Assembly: GCA_963795085.1 (NCBI GenBank)
Contig: CAWCFX010000004.1
Span: forward strand, 96,001 to 160,000
Direction of reading: 5' to 3'
Source: an uncultured Gemmatimonadales bacterium
GTDB taxonomy: Bacteria; Gemmatimonadota; Gemmatimonadetes; Gemmatimonadales; GWC2-71-9
DNA length: 64,000 nucleotides
In this document: one piece after another, positions 1-10,293 of the stretch
Layout: each line of letters starts with the position of its first letter
Numbering within the stretch: position 1 is the stretch's first letter
Program-made: the position numbers and the translations under genes
The notes under the pieces: model-generated
Databases searched by the model: none
Told to the model about the DNA's origin: nothing
Seen by the model: only the letters and a program-made list of their open reading frames with translations

Positions 1-2700
1 ACCGGAGAGCAGCGTAAGCTGGAGGTGGCCAACTCGGTCTCCACCATAGATGCCGCCCGCGTGGTGGAGGAGGCGCCGATCGCCGAGTTCGGGAACCTGA
101 TCTCCGGCCGGGCCGCCGGAGTCCAGGTCTTGAAGAGCGGCGGTACCACCGGCACCGGCACCCGGATCCGGATCCGCGGTTCCAACAGCATCTCCCTGTC
201 CAATGAGCCGCTGTACTACATCGACGGCGTCCGTATGGAAAGCGGCAGTACCTCCAGCACGCTGGACATCGGCGGGTTCGGGCAGGGGAGCGGGGCCGGG
301 CCCTCCCGGATCAACGATCTCAATCCCGAGGACATCGAAGACATCGAGATCGTCAAGGGGCCGGCGGCGGCGACGCTCTACGGCATCCAGGCTTCCAACG
401 GGGTCGTCCGTATCACCACCAAGCGGGGCCGGACCGGGCGGCCCCGGTGGAACATGTACGTCGAGCAGGGCGCCGTTACCGATCCCAACACCTATCCGCT
501 CAACTACCACGGGCGCGACAACACCGGTTCCGGCTACGATCCCTTCTGCACTCTGCAGGACGAGCTGGACGGCAACTGTACCCAGACCTCGCTGGACGTG
601 GGTTCGCCGCTGGAAGACCGGGCGACTCGGCCGCTCAAGGCCGGCCACCGGCAGCAGTACGGGATGAACGTCTCCGGCGGCAGCGAGGCCATGACCTACT
701 ACTTCTCGGCCGATTATGAAACCGAGGACGGGGTGTTCCGGCTTCCCAGGGCCGAGGAGGACTCGGTTCGGGCGCTCCGGGGCGAGGTGCCCGGGAACCA
801 GATCCGTCCGAACGCCTTGGAGCGGGTCAACCTGCGCGCCAACGTGGGAACCAACCTCTCCTCGAATGCCGAACTGCAGGTATCCCTTGGCTACCTGTCC
901 AGCGATATCCGCTTTGTGGAGAACGACAACAGTTTCCTGACCGTGACCGGCAGCGCCGAGGCCAGCGGCAACCCCCAGGACATCAACCGGGGGTGGTACT
1001 TCATTCCCGCCGAGTTGTTCGCGGAGCTGGCCAACCAGGCCACGGAGCGGTTTACCAGCGGCCTCACCGCGACCTACCGCCCCCTCCGATGGCTTAGCAC
1101 CCGCGCCACCGTGGGCTACGACGTGGTCAACAGGCAGGATGTCCAGTTCTTCCCCACCAACCAGGTGGCGGACTATCCCGACGCCGAGTCCAACCGGCTG
1201 GGCGCCCGGTTCGACAACCGCTCCCAGATTGCCCAGACCTCGGTGGACGTGGGTGCGTCGGCGCGGTTCGCCCTCTCGCCATCGATGAGCTCCAAGACCT
1301 CCATGGGCGCGCAGTTCTTCCGGGACTTCCTGACCACCTCCTACACCAGCGGGCGGCGGCTGCCTCCGGGCTCCGGATCCCTGAACGGCGCCGGCAGCAC
1401 CGAGGCGCGCGACACCACGGTCGAATCCCGCTCCCTGGGTTCATACATCGAAGAAGAACTGAGCTGGAACAGCCGGCTTTTCATCACCGGTGCGCTCCGC
1501 TTCGATGACAACAGCGCCTTCGGCCAGAACTTCAACGCCACCGTTTACCCCAAGGCCAGCGTCTCCTGGCTGGTGTCGGAAGAACCGTTTTTCGGAATGG
1601 ATCTCTTCAACACCTTGCGGCTGCGGGCCGCCTTCGGCGCCTCCGGGCAGCAGCCCGGAACCACCGACGCCCTCCGGTATCTCAACCCGGTCTCCGGCCG
1701 GAAGAGCGGCACCCCGCTGACCGGCGTGACCTTCGGCAGTTCCGGCAATGCCGATCTCAAGCCGGAGCGCTCCCAGGAATTGGAAGTCGGGCTGGATGCG
1801 GCTCTCCTGGGCGGGCGGCTGGGGATGGAATTGACCTTCTATAACAAGCGAACCCGGGACGCACTGGTCCAGCGGCCTCTGCCCCCTTCCTCCGGCGAGT
1901 CCTCGGTGCAGTTCTTCAACCTCGGTGAAGTCCGGAACCGGGGGTTCGAAGTGGCGCTGAACACCCGGCTGTTCGACCGGCCGGGCTTCTCCTGGGACAT
2001 CGCCCTCTCGGGATCGGTGACCAGCAACCAGCTTATCGAGCTGGGCGAAGGTATTGAGCCCATCACCTTTGGCTTCTACCAGCAGCATACCGAGGGCCAT
2101 CCCCTGGGGGGCTTCTGGGGCCTCGAGTTGACCGGCTTCGACGACGCCAACGGGGATGGCATCATCGACCGGGACGAGTACACGGTCAGCAGCGAGGCGG
2201 TATTCCAGGGAAGCGCCCTCCCCACCCGGGAGGCGTCCCTCAACACCACCCTCAGTTTCTTCAACGGACGAGTCCGGCTGGGAGGCCAGTTCGATTATCG
2301 CGGCGGCCACGTCATCGACAATTCGATCGAGAACTTCCGCTGTACTCCGGTCTTCAACTGCCGGGGGCTCTACGACCGCACGGCGCCCCTGGAAGAACAG
2401 GCCCGTGCCGCGGCTGTGGTGAACGAAGGCGCCAACGTCTTTGGATTCTTCGAGCCAGGCTGGTTCATCAAGCTGCGCGAGGTGTCCCTGACCTACTCCG
2501 TCCCGGAGCGGGTCGCAGCCGCGTTCCGCGCCAGCCGTATGAGTGTCTCGCTCTCGGCCCGGAACCTCTGGACGATCACCGATTATACCGGGGTGGACCC
2601 CGAGGTGAACGCGTTCGCCCAGGACAACTTTGCGTCGAGCGACTTCGAATCCCAGCCGCAGGTGCGGTACTGGATCGTCCGGCTCAACGTCGGCTTCTGA
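1..2700 (+). CDS. SusC/RagA-family TonB-dependent outer membrane receptor (5' truncated by window edge)
   Basis: Frame open from base 1; plug motifs IRIRGSNS, EPLYYIDG, DIEDIEIVKGPAAATLYG..ASNGVVRITTK; LKPERS; YTGVDPE; C-terminal aromatic residue (LNVGF). Confidence 0.93.
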   Translation, partial: TGEQRKLEVANSVSTIDAARVVEEAPIAEFGNLISGRAAGVQVLKSGGTTGTGTRIRIRGSNSISLSNEPLYYIDGVRMESGSTSSTLDIGGFGQGSGAGPSRINDLNPEDIEDIEIVKGPAAATLYGIQASNGVVRITTKRGRTGRPRWNMYVEQGAVTDPNTYPLNYHGRDNTGSGYDPFCTLQDELDGNCTQTSLDVGSPLEDRATRPLKAGHRQQYGMNVSGGSEAMTYYFSADYETEDGVFRLPRAEEDSVRALRGEVPGNQIRPNALERVNLRANVGTNLSSNAELQVSLGYLSSDIRFVENDNSFLTVTGSAEASGNPQDINRGWYFIPAELFAELANQATERFTSGLTATYRPLRWLSTRATVGYDVVNRQDVQFFPTNQVADYPDAESNRLGARFDNRSQIAQTSVDVGASARFALSPSMSSKTSMGAQFFRDFLTTSYTSGRRLPPGSGSLNGAGSTEARDTTVESRSLGSYIEEELSWNSRLFITGALRFDDNSAFGQNFNATVYPKASVSWLVSEEPFFGMDLFNTLRLRAAFGASGQQPGTTDALRYLNPVSGRKSGTPLTGVTFGSSGNADLKPERSQELEVGLDAALLGGRLGMELTFYNKRTRDALVQRPLPPSSGESSVQFFNLGEVRNRGFEVALNTRLFDRPGFSWDIALSGSVTSNQLIELGEGIEPITFGFYQQHTEGHPLGGFWGLELTGFDDANGDGIIDRDEYTVSSEAVFQGSALPTREASLNTTLSFFNGRVRLGGQFDYRGGHVIDNSIENFRCTPVFNCRGLYDRTAPLEEQARAAAVVNEGANVFGFFEPGWFIKLREVSLTYSVPERVAAAFRASRMSVSLSARNLWTITDYTGVDPEVNAFAQDNFASSDFESQPQVRYWIVRLNVGF

Positions 2701-2714
2701 AAAAGGCGTCTCCC

Positions 2715-4031
2715 ATGACGAAACCATTCCGGTTGTCGCTGGCAGCGATCGGGTTCCTCCTGGCCGCCCCGGCGTGCGGCCTGCTCGATACCGAGCAACC
2801 CAATATCATCGCCCCGGGCGACCTGGACACTCCCGAAGGCGCCGAAGCAAAACGGGTCGGCGCCCGTACCGACTTCACGATCGCCCACGATGGCGATGGT
2901 GACGAGAACAGCGCGGCGACCGAGGGCTATGTGATGGTGAGCGGCCTGCTCTCGGACGAGTTCATCCATTCCTCCACGCCGCCCAGCCAGCAGGAAGTCG
3001 ATCAGCGGGTGATCATCGACGTCAATCCCACCCTGTACGGCGTCTATCATACCCTGCATCGCGCCCGCCGCGCCGCCGAGGACGCTGCCGTGTCGCTGGA
3101 GACTTTTTCGGTGGACGGGGCACTGGACCCGGGGATCGCCGAGATGCTTACGCTGGCCGGGTTCACGTACGTGTACTTCGCGGAGGGCTTTTGTTCCGGG
3201 GTGCCGTACAGCGAACGGGTAAACGGCGACCTGGTCTTCGGTGACCCGGAGACCACCGCCGAGACGCTGGCCCGGGCCGTCGCCCGGTTTGATGCGGCGC
3301 TCGCCAGCCCCGGCGCCATGCCGGAGGAGATCAACGCTGCCGCCGTGGGACGGGGCCGGGCCCTGCTCAACGGCGGCCAGTACGCCGCGGCCGCGGCCGC
3401 CGTCCAGGCGGTCCCCTCAGACTTCGAGTACGTGATGGAGCACGCGACCGCTCCCCTGACCCTGCGAAACGCCATCTTCCTGCTCACCAATGGCGGTCAG
3501 TGGTCCATCGCCGACAACGAGGGCGGTGTGGGTCTCTCCTTTCTCGCCGGCGACCCGCGGGTTCCCTTCCTCGATGAAGGCGGACCTGGCCTCGACAATT
3601 CCACGCCCCAGTTCTCGCTGCTCAAGTTTCCCGACGTGGGAACCCCGGTACCGGTCGCCAGTGGAATCGAGGCCCGGCTCATCGAAGCCGAGGCGCAGTT
3701 CCAGGCTGGGGATACGGCGACCATGCTGGTCACCCTCAACGATCTTAGAGCCGCCGCCAGCATCCCGGCTCTCACCGGCCCCACCTCGCTGGCCGAGGCC
3801 CGGGACATGGTCTTCAGCGAGCGGGCATTCTGGCTCTTCTCAACCGGACACCGGCTCGGCGACATGCGCCGCCTGGCCCGCGCATCGCTCTACGGCCTTC
3901 CCGTCGCCAGCGTCTATCCGACCGGCCCCTATCACAAGGGCGGCTCCTATGGGGCCGATGTCAGCCTGCCAATCCCCCTCCAGGAACGGAACAACCCCAA
4001 CTTCACGGACTGCCTGGACCTGAATCCCTGA
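2715..4031 (+). CDS. RagB/SusD-like nutrient-binding lipoprotein
   Basis: Lipoprotein signal ending APAC; directly follows SusC; EARLIEAEA, LNDLR, ERAFWLFSTGHRLGDMRR, LPIP..E..NNPN motifs. Confidence 0.85.
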   Translation: MTKPFRLSLAAIGFLLAAPACGLLDTEQPNIIAPGDLDTPEGAEAKRVGARTDFTIAHDGDGDENSAATEGYVMVSGLLSDEFIHSSTPPSQQEVDQRVIIDVNPTLYGVYHTLHRARRAAEDAAVSLETFSVDGALDPGIAEMLTLAGFTYVYFAEGFCSGVPYSERVNGDLVFGDPETTAETLARAVARFDAALASPGAMPEEINAAAVGRGRALLNGGQYAAAAAAVQAVPSDFEYVMEHATAPLTLRNAIFLLTNGGQWSIADNEGGVGLSFLAGDPRVPFLDEGGPGLDNSTPQFSLLKFPDVGTPVPVASGIEARLIEAEAQFQAGDTATMLVTLNDLRAAASIPALTGPTSLAEARDMVFSERAFWLFSTGHRLGDMRRLARASLYGLPVASVYPTGPYHKGGSYGADVSLPIPLQERNNPNFTDCLDLNP

Positions 4032-4055
4032 GGAGGGCCACGCCATCTTGACCAG

Positions 4056-4082
4056 AAGGGGAGCGCCCGGGCGCTCCCCTTT
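4056..4082. terminator. Hairpin between convergent genes (probable intrinsic terminator)
   Basis: AAGGGGAGCGC-CCGG-GCGCTCCCCTT perfect 11-bp stem just after the susD-like stop. Confidence 0.7.
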
Positions 4083-4110
4083 CGTCATGGGGCTGGAGTC
4101 TCCGAACTGG

Positions 4111-4494
4111 TCAGAAAACCGAGATCCCGGATTGCCGGAGCCCGCTTCCGATGGTCCATTCGACGACGGCGCCGGGCCGGACTGTGAAGAAATCGGTGAC
4201 GAGGTTCCCGCCCTGGCCTACCGGATCGGCGCGCAGCCTGATGTGGCCGCTGCCTCCCACCCGGGACCACGGAACCGAGAACACCTGATCCGCCGGGCCC
4301 CGGGCCGTCCCCAAACGTTCGCTGAGGGTGCCCCGGATGATGTACACGTTGAGATCCAGCCAGTGCTGGTTCTTGACGACCACCGTGATCTCGGCATTGC
4401 GAATATCCGGCGGGGGGGCTTCCGTATCCGGGGAGGGCTGGCGTCCGCAGGCCAGGAGAAAGAGAACCGGGGCGAAACGGCGAATGCTGGACAC
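4111..4494 (-). CDS. Hypothetical lipoprotein
   Basis: GTG start chosen just after the upstream gene's stop and an AGGAG; basic N-terminus, hydrophobic stretch and lipobox LLAC; beta-rich remainder. Confidence 0.6.
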   Translation of the reverse strand: MSSIRRFAPVLFLLACGRQPSPDTEAPPPDIRNAEITVVVKNQHWLDLNVYIIRGTLSERLGTARGPADQVFSVPWSRVGGSGHIRLRADPVGQGGNLVTDFFTVRPGAVVEWTIGSGLRQSGISVF

Positions 4495-4504
4495 GACTCC
4501 TGCC

Positions 4505-7500
4505 TTACCGCCGCCGGTGGGCGTCAAACCACTCCAGGACCAGGCGGCTCCGCAGCGGGTACGAGCTGGCCTGGGCATCGAAGTTATGGTTTTCCCCGGG
4601 AAATATCACCAGCCGAGTCGGGATTCCCCGAAGGGCCAGGGCCAGGTACATCCGTTCCGACTCACCCACCGGGCAGATATGGTCCTCCGCGCCGTGCAGG
4701 AAGATCGTCGGGGTGGTAACCCGCTCCACCCAGGTCATCGGCGATTCGCGCCGGTACCGCTCGGGGACCTGCCACGGCGCTCCGCCCATGTCGGCGATCC
4801 ACTCGATGTGGTCATCGTCCACGCCGAAGGAGGCGGTGTAGTCGGCAACGCCGGACGAACTGGCGGCCGCCCGGAACCGCCCCGTTTGGGTGACCAGCCA
4901 GTTGGTCGCGATGCCGCCGTAGGAATTCCCCATCAGGAACAGGTTGTCCGGATCGGCCCAGCCGCGGGACACCACGGTGTCCAGCGCCGCCATGAAATCC
5001 TGGTCGTCGGCATGGCCGTAGCGGCCGCCCACCAGCGCCATGAAGTCATGGCCATAGGTGGTGCTGCCCCGGGGGTTGATATACACCGCGAGATATCCTC
5101 GGCTCGCCGCGATCTGGAACTGCATGTGATAGGAGGAGGAATAGTACCACTGGGGTCCGCCGTGGATGCCGAGGATGGCGGGATACTTCCGGCCCGGCTG
5201 GAAATCAGGTGGTTTGACGACGAAAGCCTCGACCTCGGCGCCATCGGGAGCCCGAATCGACAGCCGCTCCATGGGGAGGACCCGCACGTCGCGGAACCAG
5301 GCATCGTTGAGCCGGGTCAGCTGGCGGGGAGGAGAGACTCCCTCGTCGAGCGCAAACACATCGGAAAGGTGCGCGGCACCGGCGATGCCCAGCAGCAACC
5401 CGCCGGCCACCGGCGTGAGGAACTCGACGGACCGGTCGCCGCCCAGCACCAGTTGGCGTACGCCGGTGGCGGGATCGATGGCATAGGCGTGCACCCGCGC
5501 CCGGTCTTCGATAGCGACATAGAGACGCCCGCCATCCGGCGACCAACGCGGGTAGGGAGACCCGCCCTCGGTGTAGGAACCCTCCGCCACGTGGCGGTCC
5601 ATGTCAGCGGTGAGGTTCAAGGGCTCCCCGAATGACGGCACCGATCCCACGCTCCGCACCGGGGTCACCCAGAGATAGGAATGCGCGCCATAGTTGTTCG
5701 GGACCACCTGCTCCAGATAGGCCAGCATGCCACCGTCCGGCGACCAGCGCGGCTGGTCGGCGCTCCCGGCTTCGTGGGACACCTGCACCAGGCTGCCGCT
5801 ATCCGCCGGGACGGCGAAGACGTCGCTGTTCCGGTTCTCGTCCCGGTCCGGCGTCCGGTTGGACACGAACGCGACCCACCGCCCATCGGGAGAGACAGCT
5901 GGCGCTGCATGGTCATATGGCCCTCCGGAAATTCGCCGCACCGTGCCGGCACGGAGGTCAGCCACCCAGAGATGGACAGGCCGGTTGTCGAGGAACCCGA
6001 TCCCGTTCACCTTGTACAGCGTCCGGTCGTATTGCCGCACCTGGGCCCGGACCCGGGCAGAGTCTTCCGGCTCCGGGACCTTCGCGGTGAACGCGATGTA
6101 GTCGCCGTCAGGGAACCATTCAAACTCCTCCACGGCCTCGCCAAAGGAAAAGAGCCGGCTGGAGGGCCCGCCGCCGGCCGGGATGACCCTCACCTCTCCC
6201 GAGGCGGCGATGAACGCCACCCGGCGGCCATCCGGAGAGAACCTGGGATGGCTTTCGGTGCCTTCACTGAAGGTGAGCTGGCGAAGATTGCCGCTGGCAG
6301 GATCAATAATCCACAGGTCCGACGTGTACTCGTCCTTGAGGGTGTCCACCGTGCCGATCTTCAGCAAGGCCATCCGGCCGGTAGGCGCGGCCTGGATGTC
6401 CTGGAGTCCCCTGAGCCGGCTGTAGTCGTCGGTGGTCAGGGCCCGGCCGGCTCGAGCGCCGGGCTGCTTGACGACTTCGCCGCCTTTCATCACGAACGGG
6501 ATCCCCAGGGCCGACCAGGTACCCTCCGGCGCCTGGACCCGCGCCTGCAGGGTATCCAGCAGGTTGCCCGGGACGGCGATGATATCGGCGAACTTGCCCG
6601 GGGCGATCGAACCCACCCGGTCTTCCCATCCCATTACCCGGGCCGCGCTGATCGTGGCCGATTGCACCGCCTGCATCGGAGTCAGCCCATATCGCACCAT
6701 GTAGGGCAGCTGCGCGGTGGCGAGCCCGTGGGGATATACCCCGCTGTCGGTGCCGTAGGCGATCCGGACCCCGGCCCGGACCGCCCGCCGGAACACCTCG
6801 CGCTGTGCGCCGGTTGTCGCGTCGTTCTTCTGGAGAATGTCTTCCGGCCAGCCGGCCCGGCGCCCTTCGGTAGCGATATAGTCGCCGTTAAAGATGTCGG
6901 CAACCAGCCAGGTCCCCCCATCCTTCATCAGCGCGATGCCTTCCGCGTCCATCAGGGATCCATGTTCGATCGACCGAACGCCGGCCCGGACCGCCCGCCG
7001 GATGCCCTCCGCGCCATGGGCGTGAGCCGCCACGTAGGTCCCTCGCGCCCGGGCTTCCTCGACCGCCGCCCGGATTTCGTCCTCGGAATACTCCGGGTTG
7101 CCAGGGTCGGTCCCCGGGGTCAAGACGGCGCCGGTGGCGATGATCTTGATGAAATCCGCGCCTCCATCCAGGATCTCCCCGACTCGGCGGCGAACCTCAG
7201 CGGCCCCGTTCGCGACCCCTGCCCGCATCTCCGGAGGGATGTTCACCGTGGTGTCTCCGGTCACCTCCCCACCGCCTCCCCGGGCCGTCACGTAGGGGCC
7301 CGCAACCGCCATGCGGGGGCCGGGGATCCCATACCGGTTGATCGTGTCCCGGAGGGCCACGTCCACGAAGGCCCGATAACTGCCAACGTCCCGCACCGTG
7401 GTAAAGCCCGCCGTCAGGGTAGCACGCGCATTCCGGATGCCGCCTGCCATGTCCTGGTCCCTGGTCGTGCGCAACGGAGCCAGCGGATCACTGGACTGGA

Positions 7501-7765
7501 GGTCGCCAACCAGGTGAGTGTGCAGGTCGATCAGGCCGGGAAGAACCGTGTACGCCGAGAGATCGATCACGCTGGCATGCGCCGGAAGGGGCTGGCCGGA
7601 TGGCCGGACAGTGACAATGCGTTGCCCCTCGACCAGGATCTCCTGGTTCACCCGGGTGGTTCCCCGCTCGACATCCACCAGCCTCCCGGCCCGAACGACG
7701 GTGACCTGGGCCGTGGCGGGCGGTCCCCAAATGACGGCCAGGGCCAGCAGGAAGCGCAGCGTCAC
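4505..7765 (-). CDS. Fusion protein: secreted amidohydrolase (prolidase-like, M38) + S9-family (acylaminoacyl/dipeptidyl) peptidase
   Basis: Signal peptide; N-half PGLIDLHTH, FIKI, AAHAHG, IEHG, GTDSG; C-half WSPDG propeller repeats, IHGGP, NPRGS, nucleophile GNSYGG, HGAEDHIC, PGENH. Confidence 0.85.
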   Translation of the reverse strand: MTLRFLLALAVIWGPPATAQVTVVRAGRLVDVERGTTRVNQEILVEGQRIVTVRPSGQPLPAHASVIDLSAYTVLPGLIDLHTHLVGDLQSSDPLAPLRTTRDQDMAGGIRNARATLTAGFTTVRDVGSYRAFVDVALRDTINRYGIPGPRMAVAGPYVTARGGGGEVTGDTTVNIPPEMRAGVANGAAEVRRRVGEILDGGADFIKIIATGAVLTPGTDPGNPEYSEDEIRAAVEEARARGTYVAAHAHGAEGIRRAVRAGVRSIEHGSLMDAEGIALMKDGGTWLVADIFNGDYIATEGRRAGWPEDILQKNDATTGAQREVFRRAVRAGVRIAYGTDSGVYPHGLATAQLPYMVRYGLTPMQAVQSATISAARVMGWEDRVGSIAPGKFADIIAVPGNLLDTLQARVQAPEGTWSALGIPFVMKGGEVVKQPGARAGRALTTDDYSRLRGLQDIQAAPTGRMALLKIGTVDTLKDEYTSDLWIIDPASGNLRQLTFSEGTESHPRFSPDGRRVAFIAASGEVRVIPAGGGPSSRLFSFGEAVEEFEWFPDGDYIAFTAKVPEPEDSARVRAQVRQYDRTLYKVNGIGFLDNRPVHLWVADLRAGTVRRISGGPYDHAAPAVSPDGRWVAFVSNRTPDRDENRNSDVFAVPADSGSLVQVSHEAGSADQPRWSPDGGMLAYLEQVVPNNYGAHSYLWVTPVRSVGSVPSFGEPLNLTADMDRHVAEGSYTEGGSPYPRWSPDGGRLYVAIEDRARVHAYAIDPATGVRQLVLGGDRSVEFLTPVAGGLLLGIAGAAHLSDVFALDEGVSPPRQLTRLNDAWFRDVRVLPMERLSIRAPDGAEVEAFVVKPPDFQPGRKYPAILGIHGGPQWYYSSSYHMQFQIAASRGYLAVYINPRGSTTYGHDFMALVGGRYGHADDQDFMAALDTVVSRGWADPDNLFLMGNSYGGIATNWLVTQTGRFRAAASSSGVADYTASFGVDDDHIEWIADMGGAPWQVPERYRRESPMTWVERVTTPTIFLHGAEDHICPVGESERMYLALALRGIPTRLVIFPGENHNFDAQASSYPLRSRLVLEWFDAHRRR

Positions 7766-10293
7766 TGTGACTCCCTTTCCTCTCGCCGTCGCACAAACTC
7801 ACGCCGGGCCTGGTCAATATGGTGCAGGACGACCGCCTTCTCGGCTTCGGTGTTCCAGCCGGCATGGGCCCGGGCCGCCTCCTCCAGGCGATCGATCCAG
7901 GCGATGAAGAACTCGGCATCCCGGCGAGACCGGATGGGCCGGTTTCCCAGCAGGATGTAGATCGGGCTGGTGGTGGCGAAGGGGTGGATGTCCAGGATCG
8001 GCTCTGCCGGCCGCTCGCTCCAGGCGCGCAGGGTGTACCATCCACTTTCCCTCACCGGCAATGCCAGGGAGGTGTCAATGCGCGAGCGGCTGCCTCCGAG
8101 GGGAATCCTGGCTGCCACTTCGCCGTTGCGCACGATCTCCAGGTGATCAACTGGAACGATGGATCGAAGCGACACGTCGAATCGGACACGGCGGGGCCGC
8201 TCCAGCCGAATCTCGCCGCCGATGTCGGTTCCCTCCGCCGCAAACGTGAGCAGCGGGCCGTTGGTCACAAAGGTCCGGCCCGACCGCAGCCCTTCCAGCC
8301 AGCGGCGGTAGTCGAGCGGCAGAGCCGACTTCACGTAAACCCTCGTGGTTCCCAGCGGGCCACGAAGGGAGGCGTAGTTGGTCATCGCATCGGTCCCCGC
8401 CCCGGCCGGGATCCGGAACCCGGTGTTGAGCAATCGGTACCAGACCCGGGCCGTCGAGAAATGATCACTGAAGCCCATGACCTCGTAGTAATCAAGCTTC
8501 CCCAGCGCTGCGTCGACCGGGAGGGCGTTGGTCAGAGGTACCTCGACCCGGGCGGGGTCGGGTAGTTCGTCGAACGGATGCACGTACCCGAACAGGGCTC
8601 CCTGTGCCCTGGCCAGGTCGCTGGCCGTGGCGTTGTCCGGGTAGAGGCTGGCGGCGGCCGTGTTGACGTATCCGGCATAGTCCGGCAACAGCAGGTTGCG
8701 GGTCAGTCCCAGAATGCCGGCGTGGCCCCAGAAGCTGGTGTGGTACTCCTGGTCGTGGGCCACCAGCAGGTCCGGGCCGGACACGGAATCCAGGCTCCCG
8801 GTGAAATAGGCGATGTCCGGAATCCGTCCCTCCTTATTCACTATCAGGTTCTCCACCACATGCAGCCCTTCGGCCCTGGCCTGGAGGGCCAGCGAAGCCG
8901 GGGTGGCGCGGTAGCTCCCGCCGTAGTTCATGTGGACATGAAGGTCCCCGCTGGTCCAGCCCTGGCTCGCCAGGTCAGCCAGGCGTTCCATTGGGGCATT
9001 GACCGTGACGGCGCGAGCCGGCCCTACCCGGACCGTCGTGCGAAACACCTTGAACTCCGGCCCCCGACTGATCTCCACCGACACCACTCCCGCCGGGAGC
9101 GTTAGTGTTGAGGACCCCGGGATGTGGAAGTACCCATACTCCATCCGTCGCGCGGCAGGGTTGAAGCCATCGTCCGCATGGTGCCAGGCATCCGGCGGAG
9201 CCGCGCTGCGGCCATCTTCGAGGCGCAGGGATACCCGGGCCGGCATCGGCAGGCCGGCCGGGCCGGTCACCGTGATTCGAAGTTGGCCGGTGGGAACCCG
9301 ATAGGCCAGCGTTTCTGGCACGACCCGGGTGCGAGCCCCGCCGGGAACCTGGAGCACCCACAGACTGGTATTGCCCCCCTCATTGGACACGTAGGCAATG
9401 TGGCGCCCGGCAGGAGACCACCGGGGCGCCGTGGCATCATGGTCCCCATAGGTCAACTGGAAGGCATCGCCGCCATCGGCCGGCACCAGCCAGAGTTGGT
9501 TCCACTGGCGGCCGAGGTAGGAGCTGTAGATGATGCGGCGGCCATCGGGCCCCCAGTCGGGCCGGGCCTTCCAGGTGGTCTCTTCATGGTGGACCGATCG
9601 CAGCGTCCCGCCAGCCCGGGCCGGCATCCGCCAGAACCCGCCGGTGCCCCAGACGCTTCCGCGGTTGGAAACCAGCAGGATCTCTTCGCCATCCGGCGAC
9701 CAGCTGGGCGACAGGTAGTGATCGAAAGCGCTGTAGTAATATCGAGGCAGCCCGCTGTCGCGATCCTCGGTGATCCGCGTGGTCCCGGCTACCCGTCCAT
9801 TGGCCAGGCGCGCCACGAACACGTGCCAGCGGCCTTCATGCCGGGTGCTGACGTACGCGATCCGGGTGCCGTCGGGTGACCATCGTGGTTCGACGTTCAC
9901 GGCGCTGTCCTCCAGCAGCGGCCGGGACACCAGGGTGGCAAGGTCGAGCAGCCACAGGCCCAGCGCATGGCCGCGATAGGAGACATACACCACGGATCGT
10001 CCGTCCGGCGACCAATCCGGCTGGTAGTCGTACCCGTCCCCCGCGGTGATCTGCTCCGCCCGCCCGCTGCCGATCCGCTGGCGCCACAGCGATCCGCCCA
10101 TGGAATAGATCAACGCCTGGCCATCCGGAGACCAGGTGGCCGAGCTGGGTCCGGTGGTCAACTGGGGCAGGTACATCTCGCGGAAGTAGTAACTGTGGGG
10201 AACCCGAATCTGGCTGAACACCGGCTCGCGCTGCGCCAGTACGGGTGAGGCGATTACTCCGAGGCCCAGCAGCAGGACCAGGTGACCCTTCAT
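7762..10293 (-). CDS. CehA/McbA-family (PHP-like) metallohydrolase with N-terminal TolB/PD40 beta-propeller
   Basis: Signal peptide; repeated WSPDG; SGDLHVH, QEYH, GH, YVHP, GAGTD metal-ligand motifs; TNGP. Confidence 0.8.
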   Translation of the reverse strand: MKGHLVLLLGLGVIASPVLAQREPVFSQIRVPHSYYFREMYLPQLTTGPSSATWSPDGQALIYSMGGSLWRQRIGSGRAEQITAGDGYDYQPDWSPDGRSVVYVSYRGHALGLWLLDLATLVSRPLLEDSAVNVEPRWSPDGTRIAYVSTRHEGRWHVFVARLANGRVAGTTRITEDRDSGLPRYYYSAFDHYLSPSWSPDGEEILLVSNRGSVWGTGGFWRMPARAGGTLRSVHHEETTWKARPDWGPDGRRIIYSSYLGRQWNQLWLVPADGGDAFQLTYGDHDATAPRWSPAGRHIAYVSNEGGNTSLWVLQVPGGARTRVVPETLAYRVPTGQLRITVTGPAGLPMPARVSLRLEDGRSAAPPDAWHHADDGFNPAARRMEYGYFHIPGSSTLTLPAGVVSVEISRGPEFKVFRTTVRVGPARAVTVNAPMERLADLASQGWTSGDLHVHMNYGGSYRATPASLALQARAEGLHVVENLIVNKEGRIPDIAYFTGSLDSVSGPDLLVAHDQEYHTSFWGHAGILGLTRNLLLPDYAGYVNTAAASLYPDNATASDLARAQGALFGYVHPFDELPDPARVEVPLTNALPVDAALGKLDYYEVMGFSDHFSTARVWYRLLNTGFRIPAGAGTDAMTNYASLRGPLGTTRVYVKSALPLDYRRWLEGLRSGRTFVTNGPLLTFAAEGTDIGGEIRLERPRRVRFDVSLRSIVPVDHLEIVRNGEVAARIPLGGSRSRIDTSLALPVRESGWYTLRAWSERPAEPILDIHPFATTSPIYILLGNRPIRSRRDAEFFIAWIDRLEEAARAHAGWNTEAEKAVVLHHIDQARREFVRRREERESQ

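Noticed and set aside
5681..7960. 759-aa + strand ORF, and similar antisense ORFs at 14900-16852, 19073-20509, 10245-11792 and 32832-34241
   Set aside because: Each lies opposite a motif-supported gene and has no family motifs
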